NCBI GenBank assembly: GCA_000165345.1
Contig: CM000434.1
Coordinates: 832,001 to 896,000, forward strand
Length of the DNA: 64,000 nt
Reading direction: 5' to 3'
Of the stretch, positions 10,982-21,600 are shown piece after piece. Numbering within the stretch: the stretch's first letter is position 1; each line of letters opens with the position of its first letter. The notes under the pieces were generated by a model. That model worked only from the letters and a program-made list of their open reading frames with translations. It was not told the origin of the DNA and did not search any database. A program made the translations under genes and the position numbers.

Positions 10982-11335
10982 TATTCAAAATTCCAATTAA
11001 TCAATCAATTTTAAATTCCACATACAATTCACACACACTAAGTGCATCACAAAATAATAAACACTCAAGTACCTCACAATTAATACGTCTATTCAAGTCT
11101 TATTCCAAAGTTATAATATTTAATGTGAATACTAACTATTTGGATGATCCACTCGTGTTAATAAACCAATCAAATCCGAAAAATGTTTCAATAATATTCC
11201 TTTTCAGCTCTTTTTATTATGTAATTATTCCTATTCCATCCTTCTATTCCAGTATTATAGAAGAAACTAAATTTAATACAAGGATTTTCCTTATATATTA
11301 ATCCTTTTATTAAACCAATTTTTCTATTACAAGCA

Positions 11336-11597
11336 TTGGCGCCTAATTCTCATTCATACAAAAAGAATTTACTCTATAAAAAATTAATATATAATACTAA
11401 ATTATAACAGATTCAAGATTCACAGCTTAAAAAAAATCATCCTTTCCTCAAATGTTATCTGAGCTTCGATATCCTTGTTTCTTATTCAACTAAGAAAATC
11501 AACATTTATTCACTCCAGATAACTATTATATATACTTTCTTTATTCAGCCAAAATATGGCTGATTTCGAGATCTCACATACCCGCCAAAAGGCGCCA
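11336..11597. promoter_or_regulatory. E2F-type sites upstream of the SF-assemblin gene
   Basis: TTGGCGCC at 11336-11343, and back-to-back CCCGCCAAAAGGCGCCA at 11581-11597. Confidence 0.4.
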
Positions 11598-11716
11598 CAT
11601 TTAAATTATGCATGGTATCTGGTTAGCAGATAAATTCGATACTTTCTTTTTTTCTTTATTTGGCAAAGTAACTTTGTGTGATAATTAATCAAAAAAGAGA
11701 GGAATAGAAGATGTAG

Positions 11717-12989
11717 TTACTTTTTTAAGAGGCATACACAAGATATCATAAAGATCAGTAATGCAATGGTGCATGTAATGGCTAGAATCATCTTGCTATC
11801 AAAGATGTTTCTTTTTTGTTCTGCTGCAATCATTCCATTCAAATCAATATATCCTTTATTATGGAGTCTGGAATAGTCCTCCTCACTATCTAAAGGAGAA
11901 AAGCTTTCAGAGTAGTCGTGTTTTAGTTCATTCCTCCTTTTTTCTTTGCTATTAACTCTTCTAATATTCTTTTTAGTAGTATTTGACTTACTGTCACTCC
12001 TCTCTTCACTGGAATCATCATCCAAGTTCTTATTTCCATCTTCATAATCATTTGTTTCAACACTTTGCAGCACTTCCAACTCTGGAATATGAGGAACTGG
12101 AGGAGGCGGTGGTAATTCCTATAGACTAAGGTTATTCATTTCCATAAGATTACTTATTTTCTATTAACTTACCGATAAATGAGCTTGAGAAGTTATTCTA
12201 TATATTTCTTTAAGTCTAGTTGTACATGTTGTACATCTAATTTCCTCTGAGAGGTCTACTGGTCTTTCATCACTATAATTCTTTTCATCTAGAAGAAATC
12301 TTATTTGGTTGCTTAGATGTTTCCATAGCAAATCTATTAGAATCACTGACTCTGCTCTAACTGCTAAGTGGACAACATTTTCTTTAGAAGAATCTCTTGC
12401 ATGAAGCAAATGTTGGATTCCATAGATTTTTCTGTTAATCAGTTCTTTGGTTGCATAAAAAAACCCATTTCTGATTATTGCCGTCAATAATGTGTCAATT
12501 TTCTGAGTTAAAGTTTAAGTTAAGTTAATTAATTTGAGATATTTTCTCGCTAATAACTTACTTTTACTGTACATGTATAAAATAATGTACCTATAAACTG
12601 AGTTGGGATTTCCTGCATTATATTATCCATACTTTCAATTGCAGATCTTGCCCTATCCTCTAAATCAGTCTCATGCTTGGGGTTCTCAAGACAATCTATC
12701 AGCTCAAAGTATCCAACTACTGAAGGTGGAGTTTCTTGCATTGTCTGGCTAAGATAGTTGGCTATATCATAACCTAAGAAAAATAATGAGTAATAAGGAT
12801 TTATAATGTTTTTACATTGTAAAACTTACAAGAACTTCTCAAACTTGTATTAATTTCTTTAAAAACCTCTCCCTTTTTATCTTCAGGAAAACTCTGAATT
12901 AACCCTAGAAATAAAGTATTAAATAGAATCAAACAAAATAGATAATACTTATAATGGATATAAGGAAAGATGAAGATTTGTCTCCTCAT
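11717..12989 (-). CDS. Signal-peptide / ankyrin-like / C-terminal TM protein, 4 exons (367 aa); paralogue of the 13474-15486 gene
   Basis: Exons are 12989-12830, 12773-12562, 12502-12173 and 12118-11717 (160+212+330+402=1104 nt, in frame). All three introns (56, 59 and 54 nt) start GTAAGT and end AG. The N-terminus MRRQIFIFPYIHYKYYLFCLILFNTLFLGLIQS is signal-like. The block DSSKENVVHLAVRAESVILIDLLWKHL...LLDEKNYSDERPVDL...RLKEIYRIT aligns with the neighbouring gene. The C-terminal TM segment is ILAITCTIALLIFMISCVCLL. Confidence 0.7.
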
Positions 12990-13222
12990 CTTTGTCGACT
13001 CTTCCTCTTATTATACCAAATATAGTATTACACAAATTAAGATTTGTTAGATTTCATAAATACATCAAACTTAAACTTTCTTTTAAAAATAAAATTTATT
13101 TAGAATTACCAAAAAAAAATTCAGACACACATAATTTTTTAAAAAAAAGATTTTCTTCATTATATTTAAACCAATATTTTTGAAGTTGCACACACACAAA
13201 TTTTTTTAATCAGAATTGAAAA

Positions 13223-13230
13223 GGCGGGAA
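13223..13230. promoter_or_regulatory. E2F-type site GGCGGGAA
   Basis: Exact GGCGGGAA, 234 bp upstream of the minus-strand ATG at 12989. Confidence 0.4.
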
Positions 13231-13473
13231 GATGCACTTTCATGTTCAGGTACCGAAAGAATAATATTTGATTATAAAGGGGAGAGAGAAAAAAATAGAA
13301 GATAGAAATAATTAGTAAAATCTGGTGGTTATAATATTAATAATAAAAGCTTAAACTTAATTTAAATAATACTTAAATAATTGAGTGGTTTAATATTAAT
13401 TTTCTCTAATCATTTTCTCTGTTTTGACTTAATAGATGATCCCAAATATTTTTTTTTATTGGAAATGGGTAAC

Positions 13474-15486
13474 TTAAACTTTAGTTGCAAACCAAATGAG
13501 TAAAAGAACCACAGTGAAGACAATACAGAAGATGATAATTGACCAGAAAAGAACTTTTTCAAGGAAGCTTTTTGGTTTTGTACTTTGCTCATCCTCGCCT
13601 TTATCAGACTCCTGAGCTTTTTTATCATCAACTTCACTTTGTTCTTCATGAGAAGCTTTCTTTTCAATGTTGTTTTCACTATTACTTTCATTAGCCTCAT
13701 CTAAAATTTCCCCTTGTATGTCTTGAAGCTCAATGGCATGATGGTGATGATTATGACGGTGGTGATCATCATCATGTTCAAATTTAATAACTTCGTCCTC
13801 GAGAATACTTTCAGAAAGTTCAACAGGATTATGAGGCTGGATTTTCTGGTGTTTATGTGCAGATAAGAGTAACTCCTTTCTATCATTATATTCCTTTCTT
13901 TTAGCACGAAGATTCTTTTGAACAGATTCTTTGTTTAATTCCTCTAAGGCATAATTATCCATAATTCGACTAACTTCCTTTCCTTTTTCAATAGCTGTAT
14001 TAACTACTTCTTCATAATTTGAACTCATTTTTAAAACAGGCTTACAGAACAGTGCAGCAGTTTCTGTCATAATTTTCTGTTTTCTCTTCTCCTCCATTAC
14101 AGCTTCAGGATCAAGCTTCTTAACAAAGTTAGACATAGTCCTGTATGTAGTTTTAAGTCTTCTAATAATACTAGGGCGTCTTTCATCAACAGCAACATCG
14201 AGTGGAGTCTGGTTGGAGTTATTTTTCTCCTCTAAAGCAATCTTAATCTCAACAGGATCTTTAATTAATCTTAAAACAAAGTCAACAACTTGTAAACTGT
14301 TAGACATTGCTGCAAGATGCAAAGGATTATTACCAGCAGAATCATAATAATGACCATATTTAACACATCCCCACATTTTATGAGCAATTGGATGAAGTAG
14401 AGATGAAAGATATCCATATTCTATCAATTTCTGGTAAACTGATCTCCCATGATCTTTATCAGCTTCGCAAACATACAAAGCTAAGGCCTCTTGAGGATTG
14501 ATCCCTTCTGCAGCAGGATCCTTAAGAACGTCAAAGGCTGCAGTAATAGTCTTTTCAGCTTGAATATTTGTCATAGACTTTAGAGCCGTAATTTCACCGA
14601 ATATTATTTTAAAAGCTGCCTGAGATGAGGTACCAATTAAATCTTTATTCCACTCAAACTTTTCTATAACATCAGAACATGTTGGAGTTGGCAAATACTT
14701 TGATGATTTGGGTTCTTCGCCATCATCTATGCTTCTTTTTCTTCCAAATTGTGTCTGCAATGGCCTGGTTTGTGGCTCACTGGTAAAAGATCTTGTTGGC
14801 TGTACTACGCCTAACAATACATCAAGAGTTGCTGGTGCAACATGGCCAATAGCATTTCCAGAAATTCCATCCTTAATAGAATCTGAAGCCTTTTGTACAT
14901 TTGGATCTTCAGTAGGTAATACATCTTTGACTATATCATCATCATCATCCTTTGAACTTTCAACTTGATTTTGGCCTGATAAGGCTGGAACTATTGACTC
15001 CTCTGGAGTGACCTCGGATCTTTTTGAGCTTTCTTTATCACTTAAAACAAAGTCTCCTGATAAAGATGCTCCTCCGCCCTCCTCTTCATTTTGAATCTGG
15101 ACATCTTGTTTTTGTTCTGTTTGGCTATTCAATTGCTGGCTTTCACTCTGATTTATTGGAATCTCCTCACTATTTTTTTCCGATAATTTTGAGCCTTCCT
15201 TCATCTCAGATTCTGAAGCTTCTCCCTCAGAACTTAATTCGCCAGAACCTTCATCATCATCATCAGCGTAGGTGCTTTGAACAGAACCTTCATTTTTTGT
15301 AAAACCTTTATCATCAGGCTTACTTAAATCTGAAGCTGATGCTGAATCCTCAGCTTTGCTACCTTCAGTTTCTTCATATGAAGACTCAGAACTTGATTGG
15401 TTTACAACATCAGTTGCCAACATACCATTCTGTGCCAGCTTTAAGAGCACGATACATAAAAATAATATGATGTATTGTATTCTCAT
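13474..15486 (-). CDS. Signal-peptide / acidic low-complexity / ankyrin-like / His-rich / C-terminal TM protein (670 aa)
   Basis: Single ORF. The N-terminus MRIQYIILFLCIVLLKLAQNG is signal-like. The first third is rich in Asp, Glu and Ser. An ANK-like repeat reads DSAGNNPLHLAAMSNSLQVVDFVLRLI...EEKNNSNQTPLDVAV. There is an HDDDHHRHNHHHH tract. The terminal TM segment is VLFWSIIIFCIVFTVVLLLIWF. Confidence 0.75.
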   Translation of the reverse strand: MRIQYIILFLCIVLLKLAQNGMLATDVVNQSSSESSYEETEGSKAEDSASASDLSKPDDKGFTKNEGSVQSTYADDDDEGSGELSSEGEASESEMKEGSKLSEKNSEEIPINQSESQQLNSQTEQKQDVQIQNEEEGGGASLSGDFVLSDKESSKRSEVTPEESIVPALSGQNQVESSKDDDDDIVKDVLPTEDPNVQKASDSIKDGISGNAIGHVAPATLDVLLGVVQPTRSFTSEPQTRPLQTQFGRKRSIDDGEEPKSSKYLPTPTCSDVIEKFEWNKDLIGTSSQAAFKIIFGEITALKSMTNIQAEKTITAAFDVLKDPAAEGINPQEALALYVCEADKDHGRSVYQKLIEYGYLSSLLHPIAHKMWGCVKYGHYYDSAGNNPLHLAAMSNSLQVVDFVLRLIKDPVEIKIALEEKNNSNQTPLDVAVDERRPSIIRRLKTTYRTMSNFVKKLDPEAVMEEKRKQKIMTETAALFCKPVLKMSSNYEEVVNTAIEKGKEVSRIMDNYALEELNKESVQKNLRAKRKEYNDRKELLLSAHKHQKIQPHNPVELSESILEDEVIKFEHDDDHHRHNHHHHAIELQDIQGEILDEANESNSENNIEKKASHEEQSEVDDKKAQESDKGEDEQSTKPKSFLEKVLFWSIIIFCIVFTVVLLLIWFATKV

Positions 15487-16025
15487 CTTTTTCTCATATA
15501 TATCTTTTTACATAAATTTTGTTTATTTGTAATCTTATTAAAATATTTATTAATTCTTTAATATTCTCAAATATCTCTTTTTAATTAAATATATTAAAAC
15601 CTTTAAAGAAATTCGTTTTAAAGTTCATTAAAAAAAGTTTGGTTTCCCCTTTGGTTTTTGTTACTGTGAATATTTTTGATTTATTCAATAAATGACTATA
15701 ATATTGTTTATAAATTTTATATATGTATATATTTATATATATAATATATATAAATATATATTATATACTTATTTGCAATAAAATGTTATTATATTCTTAT
15801 TCAAGTATAGACTCTCACTTATCTAATATTAAATGTACTTTATTATTAATTTCATCCAAATTTATCCATTTGTTTATTATAGGATTATTCACACTATTTT
15901 AATTCCATGCACCTTAAATACCTTTCTCTATCACACAATCCCATATTTCTCGTTGGTTTTTTTAAATATTATTTCTTTATGTTATTTATTTATTTCAGTG
16001 TGCATTAACACACCAATTGCACACA

Positions 16026-16037
16026 TTGGCGCCGCCA
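16026..16037. promoter_or_regulatory. E2F-type site TTGGCGCCGCCA
   Basis: Read directly, in the 1.16-kb divergent intergenic region between the genes starting at 15486 (-) and 16645 (+). Confidence 0.4.
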
Positions 16038-16293
16038 CATGGTATCGATTAATGAATTAAATTGATTGCAAACGGAAAAAATTAAGATGGATGGAAGCCA
16101 AATAATAAACAAAAGCAAACTTGAAAATTTATTAATTTGATTTTGATCTTCTCTTTTCAATATTCCCTATCATACAAATCACTCATAATCACTAATAATT
16201 ATATTAGCTCTTGTATTTTTTTTTTTGTAATATATTCAAATTTATTCAAAATTCTGAAACTCCATCCTTAAACTTATCTATTCTGATTTGTAG

Positions 16294-16391
16294 TTTGTCC
16301 ACATGAACTTGCAAATGTTTGCAAGTTGCATGCAATTACCTGCATTACACGTAATTGGTGAAATTCAATACCGGTATATAGGCGGGGCCCC
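16294..16391. promoter_or_regulatory. Composite motif module (instance 2)
   Basis: TTTGTCCACATG 16294-16305; TGCATGCA 16327-16334; ACACGTAA 16347-16354; ATACCGGTAT 16368-16377; GGCGGGGCCCC 16381-16391. The module lies about 255-350 bp upstream of the ATG at 16645. Confidence 0.5.
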
Positions 16392-16644
16392 ACAAAATAA
16401 TGGATTTACATGTATTAGCATACGTAAGAAATAATATTAACGAAAAAATGGGATATTTCGTCGGTGATTAGAGTGGAATACGTATATAAGATATGGACGT
16501 AAGGTAGGAGAAATATTATGTTGAAGATATTTTAAGTTTTAATGTTATAGAATTATTAATCAGTGATATTTGGTGTGATTTTGTTTTTGAGATTTCAATT
16601 AAGGAAAAAAGTAAATAATCAAAAGATTGATAAGAGATAAAGAT

Positions 16645-18372
16645 ATGAAGATTTTTACGGAAAAACTGGCTGTATTTATTGCCGTCTTGGTAATATTAAT
16701 TTCGAATATCTCATGCAATAAAGAAATTGAAATCCCTGAAGATGTTACAAAATTGAATGATGACAACTTTGAAGAATTCATTGATGGAAATAATCTTGTA
16801 CTAGTATTATTTTATGATTCTTCCACTACTTCAAAAAATATAATCCATGGTCTTGGATATGTTTACTCAAACGTAGTAATGTCAAAAGGAACAGGAAAAA
16901 TTGCTGTTTTAAATTGTGAGGAATCTTCAATTCAAAAGAAATTTGAAATTCACCATCCTCCAAAGCTGCTATTCTTTTTTGGAAGTATAAACAAATTTGA
17001 GGCATATCCAAGCCATCTAACTGGTTTGGAAAGAGAATCAATGATTTCGATTATCCTTGCAAAAGAAAATGCTCTCTTCATTGAACATGATGCCAGAGAT
17101 AGTGAATCATTGGAAAAGGCTATGATAGAGTTTGACTTGGAAACAAAAGTTCGCTCCTCCAATCTCCCTGTTATTGTTTATTATGGTAAACCAGGTACTA
17201 AGAGAACTGATGTCGTAAAAAACACACTCGAAAAGTTAAGACTAACTGGAGTTTCCGTTAAAGCATTCATTATTTATGTTAAATACAAGGCCGATATTGG
17301 ATTACATATTTATAGATTGCCTGATTCAGATAAGCATGACTCTATGAATATTCAGCCAAAAGAACTTTATATTGCAAAGAAAAAGATCTTGGGATTATTA
17401 GAGTGGAACAAAGATATTTTATCTGTCTTTATTGAAGCTTGCATAAGGCCATATGTCTCTTTTAAAGGTAATGAAATTATGTATGTACACGAAAGTTCTA
17501 ACTCTTTAATAGCTTTCCTTAAGGGAAGCAACACTCTAGATCGGTATGGATCTAGCAATATTCAGTACTTAGATCATGATTCAATGGAATCTTTGAGAGC
17601 TTTTGCAAAGGCTAACTTTTTCCCAGAAGATCCAGATAAGGATTTAATGATTGGGCTTGTATTACCAGGATTAGAACAGGAGGTAGAAAACTTTACTGGT
17701 TTTCGAAGGGATGCTCATGTGAATGATGGAACCTTCCTCTTGAAACTTCGACAATCCAAATTTGAGCTTGGGAACTCCGGGAAGTCTGATAAATTCCTGC
17801 TTACTGAAGGGGAAATTAAAAAACATGGATTTGAATATTTACTTTCTCAGGCTAAGAATAGAAAATTACCCATTTTTTATAAAAGTAAGAGAATAATGAA
17901 ACAGCAAAAGGTCTCTGCTAGTGTTGAACAATATTTCACAACCCCATATCATTTTCTTGAGCTAAATCCTTCTTCCATCAGAGAGCTAATCCAAGACCCA
18001 AATAATGCACTGATAGTCCTTTACTATTCTGAAATGTGCTCAGGGTGCATGGATCTCCTTCCAATTTGGAACTCGATCTCTTCAAAAATTGCTTCAAAAT
18101 TTGGAAAAGATTCCAAATTCCGTGTTTTTGTCTCCGCTTTCGATGTAGAGTTTAATGACAATCCAATTGATATGCAAATTGAGAAAATTCCTTTAGTATA
18201 CTATTTCCCATTTGGAGAAGATAAAGTTTCCAAGATGTTCTTATATGATGAGGAAATAACCTCTAAAACTGTTACTACATTTATAACTGATAGAGTTCTA
18301 GAGGTTTCTGAAGATAATGATCAAGCTGAGCAAAATATTAGTCCGGATTCTCAAATCAGGGATGAGCTTTAA
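16645..18372 (+). CDS. ER-resident thioredoxin-fold protein (PDI-like), C-terminal RDEL
   Basis: The track start at 16627 is a TTG, and the first ATG is at 16645 (MKIFTEKLAVFIAVLVILISNISC, signal-like). The N-terminal Trx-like segment VTKLNDDNFEEFIDGNNLVLVLFYD has no CXXC. The C-terminal Trx segment ALIVLYYSEMCSGCMDLLPIWN carries CSGC. The protein ends QIRDEL, a KDEL-type ER retrieval signal. Confidence 0.75.
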   Translation: MKIFTEKLAVFIAVLVILISNISCNKEIEIPEDVTKLNDDNFEEFIDGNNLVLVLFYDSSTTSKNIIHGLGYVYSNVVMSKGTGKIAVLNCEESSIQKKFEIHHPPKLLFFFGSINKFEAYPSHLTGLERESMISIILAKENALFIEHDARDSESLEKAMIEFDLETKVRSSNLPVIVYYGKPGTKRTDVVKNTLEKLRLTGVSVKAFIIYVKYKADIGLHIYRLPDSDKHDSMNIQPKELYIAKKKILGLLEWNKDILSVFIEACIRPYVSFKGNEIMYVHESSNSLIAFLKGSNTLDRYGSSNIQYLDHDSMESLRAFAKANFFPEDPDKDLMIGLVLPGLEQEVENFTGFRRDAHVNDGTFLLKLRQSKFELGNSGKSDKFLLTEGEIKKHGFEYLLSQAKNRKLPIFYKSKRIMKQQKVSASVEQYFTTPYHFLELNPSSIRELIQDPNNALIVLYYSEMCSGCMDLLPIWNSISSKIASKFGKDSKFRVFVSAFDVEFNDNPIDMQIEKIPLVYYFPFGEDKVSKMFLYDEEITSKTVTTFITDRVLEVSEDNDQAEQNISPDSQIRDEL

Positions 18373-18526
18373 ACTTCTAATTCATTCTTTCTTTTTTTGA
18401 AGATTTCTTTTAATTTAATAACTTTCTATCTAATTACAAACAAAATCATAAATTTAATGTTAAAATTTATATGCCTAAAACTAGTGGCTCATGTATGTAT
18501 ATTATATTTATATATTTTTTATCCCA

Positions 18527-18590
18527 CCCCGGTACCTGGTTAAGTGCAGCACGTGCATGCGCATGTTTGCGCGGGGATTGGGCGGGAAAA
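18527..18590. promoter_or_regulatory. Composite motif patch between two convergent 3' ends
   Basis: CCCCGGTACC 18527-18536; CACGTGCATGCGCATG 18550-18565; TTGGGCGGGAAAA 18578-18590. It lies 155 bp after the stop of the + gene (18372) and 11 bp after the stop of the - gene (18601). Confidence 0.4.
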
Positions 18591-18600
18591 TTTGCTCTTC

Positions 18601-21600
18601 TTAAGTTGTAAACTTGAAAAAGGTTAATATTGCAAGTGGTGTAAAAATATAAAGACAAAACCCTGACAATTTTTCTGTTATATCAAATCCACAAATCTTA
18701 AGCAAAGGTGGTGTTGAGTTAATTACAAGTAGAACCTTCTCTATCACAATATAAATCCCTGCTCCTGGTGGAGTTCTATGTAAAATATTTTGCAACCAAG
18801 AATGAGTTCTTACTGATGTTCTGTTTATTTGATAAAGTAGCCTTATTACATATGAAGAAAAAATAAACATAACTATTCCCATTGTTAGAAAAATTGTCTC
18901 ACAATTTGAATAAGTATTGATCATATTATTTTCTGAAGATGATGGAATTGTTCCTTGATAAGATAAATATGAAGTTGCATATTGAGGAATTGTTAACATA
19001 AATGAAAGAGCTGAAGTTTTAATGTTTGATATACTTGCTAGATTTGAATATGTTAATGTTGAATGTGAAATTACTGGATTATTATCATTGTTATTCATAC
19101 CAGAACGTATTGATCTCATCAAATTTATATTATTTATAAAATTGTTGGTACCTTCTCCTGGAATATTAGTATAATAATGATCATTTAAATCTATCATTGA
19201 TGATATATCATTATATTTATTCATATTATAATTATCCTCATTATTTGAGTTTAAAATATAATCAATATTTGAAATTGAATCCATAAATTGATTTTTATTT
19301 GTTGAAAAAGATCCTGTCTTAAAAAAGTTATTCATAAAATGATCCCCTATTGATCTTGAATTTAACTCATTTAACAAATTTGTACTAATTCCTCCACCTA
19401 TAATATTTGGAGATGTAGTTAATATTCTTGAAATATCTTTATCAAAAGAACCTCTTACAATATTTGTTGAACCAGAAGCTGATAATCCATTCAAATTTTG
19501 ATTTGAACTTGGATTCTTACTCAACATTGTAGAAGATGAAAGATCTGAAACTCGATTATTATATATTCTATTCTTTTTGTTATATATTGCAACAAGCATA
19601 ATTTTCCCAATACAAAAGAAAATTAAAGTATTTATAGATACAGAAGCATTTAAGAAAGATGTCCAAAGCTTTGTATTCTTATAAAGGATATGTTGTATTG
19701 CACTTCTCCAATAACTAACAATTTGAATAAATTCTTGAACATTTGAATATTTAAATTGGGTTGGAATATGTTGAACTAATACAATACAAAGTCTTTTTCT
19801 TTGTTTCACAAAGAATAATAAAATAATCAAACCTTTCAAAATCTCAAAAATTAAGTTGGAAATCCAATATGTAAATATACATTCAATAATATAAACTGTT
19901 ATTGGAGATTTATTATAAAGGAAATATAAAGTTGAATCCCTTATTAAATATGAATTACTTTTAAATAATGTTATTGATATATTTGATGACATTGCCACAA
20001 TACAACTTATTATCTTGCAAGTAATAACAACATTAAAGTATTCATATGGAGTATTATAACTCACTTCATCCACTAATCGATATAATGGTTTATGAATCTG
20101 ATTATTAGTTACAACATTTCCAATATTTGTTCTAATATTATCACAACTTAAATTATCTTCTGCACTTGAAATAATGTTCCTAATTTTTCTTAATCTAATA
20201 GATCTTTTAACTTGGTTATTACTTTTTATGAAATTATTAAAGTTATCATTAATACTTGGAATTTTTTTCTGCCGTTTAGAATTAATATAAATACTTGTTT
20301 TACTTGATATGTTAGTATCACTTTGATATATTTGTTGTGTATTTTTTATTCTATTACAATAATTAGATAAAACTGACTTAAAACGTTTGTTTGCTGTGTT
20401 ACTTCGGGTTATTCTAATAGCTGGACCACTCAAAGTTGAACAAAATTTATCATTTACTAACCCAAAAGATGAAGATTTTGAAGAATTAATGTCAAAAGCA
20501 ATATTAATATCATTTGATTCAATTTTTGAATTATAATTTTGAATCCAAGGTGTTCTCAAATATTTATCTCCTGAGCTAGTATCATTAGAAATGGTTGAAG
20601 TAATTGATAATAAATCAGGCAAACAAATATATTCTCCTCCTGTTGAAGATTTTTTTACTTTAACTGAACTTTTCTTCATTACTTTCACTTTATTTACTTT
20701 AGAATGATTTGGATTTAATTTTATCCTATTGATATATTTATCATCATCATTTTTTTTTGTTATAGATTCTAAATCTGAACCAAGTGAATTTGTATCTTCA
20801 TTTGATTCACTCGAACTCAAATTCTCATCATCCGCAAAGTTATTATTTTCAAAATATTTTGAAGATGATGATGAATATGAGGTAAAACGAGAATAAGATC
20901 TCGATCCAAAAGTTGTCACATTTGAAGAAGAAACTCCCAATAAATTAAACCTTGCAGTATTTGGTGAAGAAAAATTAGATGAAGAATCTGGTTGAGAAGT
21001 TACTGAACAACCATTTACTTCATTTGAATAAGAATGACTGGCCTTTGTGTTAATGTAGTAATTACTAGTTGAAAAACTTGATCCTGATTGACTATTATTT
21101 AATTCTGATATAAAACTCCCGCCAAATCTATGATGCACTTGTGCATGTAACTCCGGTATTAAATCCATATGAGACTTATTTCTAGAACTTAATTTTTGAC
21201 TTGATAATTTTTGTGGAATCAACATATTTGGTGAAATTTCAATTTGATTGTCTAAGATTGGAACTTCACTATTAATTTTATTATTAGAATTCTTGTCAAT
21301 ATCACTTTTGTCGCAATCAAAGTCATAGTCATACTCATTATTATTATTATGACTGAAATAGTTGTTTTTAATTAAAGTACTTGAATTCATTGCACAGTTT
21401 AAAAGGTTTGAATATATATTTCTGATATTTTTTCTGTTTTCTACAGATTTCTTATAATAGTAATAATTATATAAGTAATATTCTTTAGAAAATCCACAAA
21501 AGTATTTGTTACAATAGTTGGAAACAAATTCATGTGTGTAATATATTCTAACACTTGAACAGAGTGTGGCTGTGATAATGACTCCAATTAAGAACCATAT

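Noticed and set aside
15833-16060. 75-aa plus-strand ORF in the 1.16-kb divergent intergenic region
   Set aside because: Its product is Ile/Phe/Tyr/Leu-rich, typical of AT-rich spacer. It ends within the E2F-type site, and there is no supporting feature.
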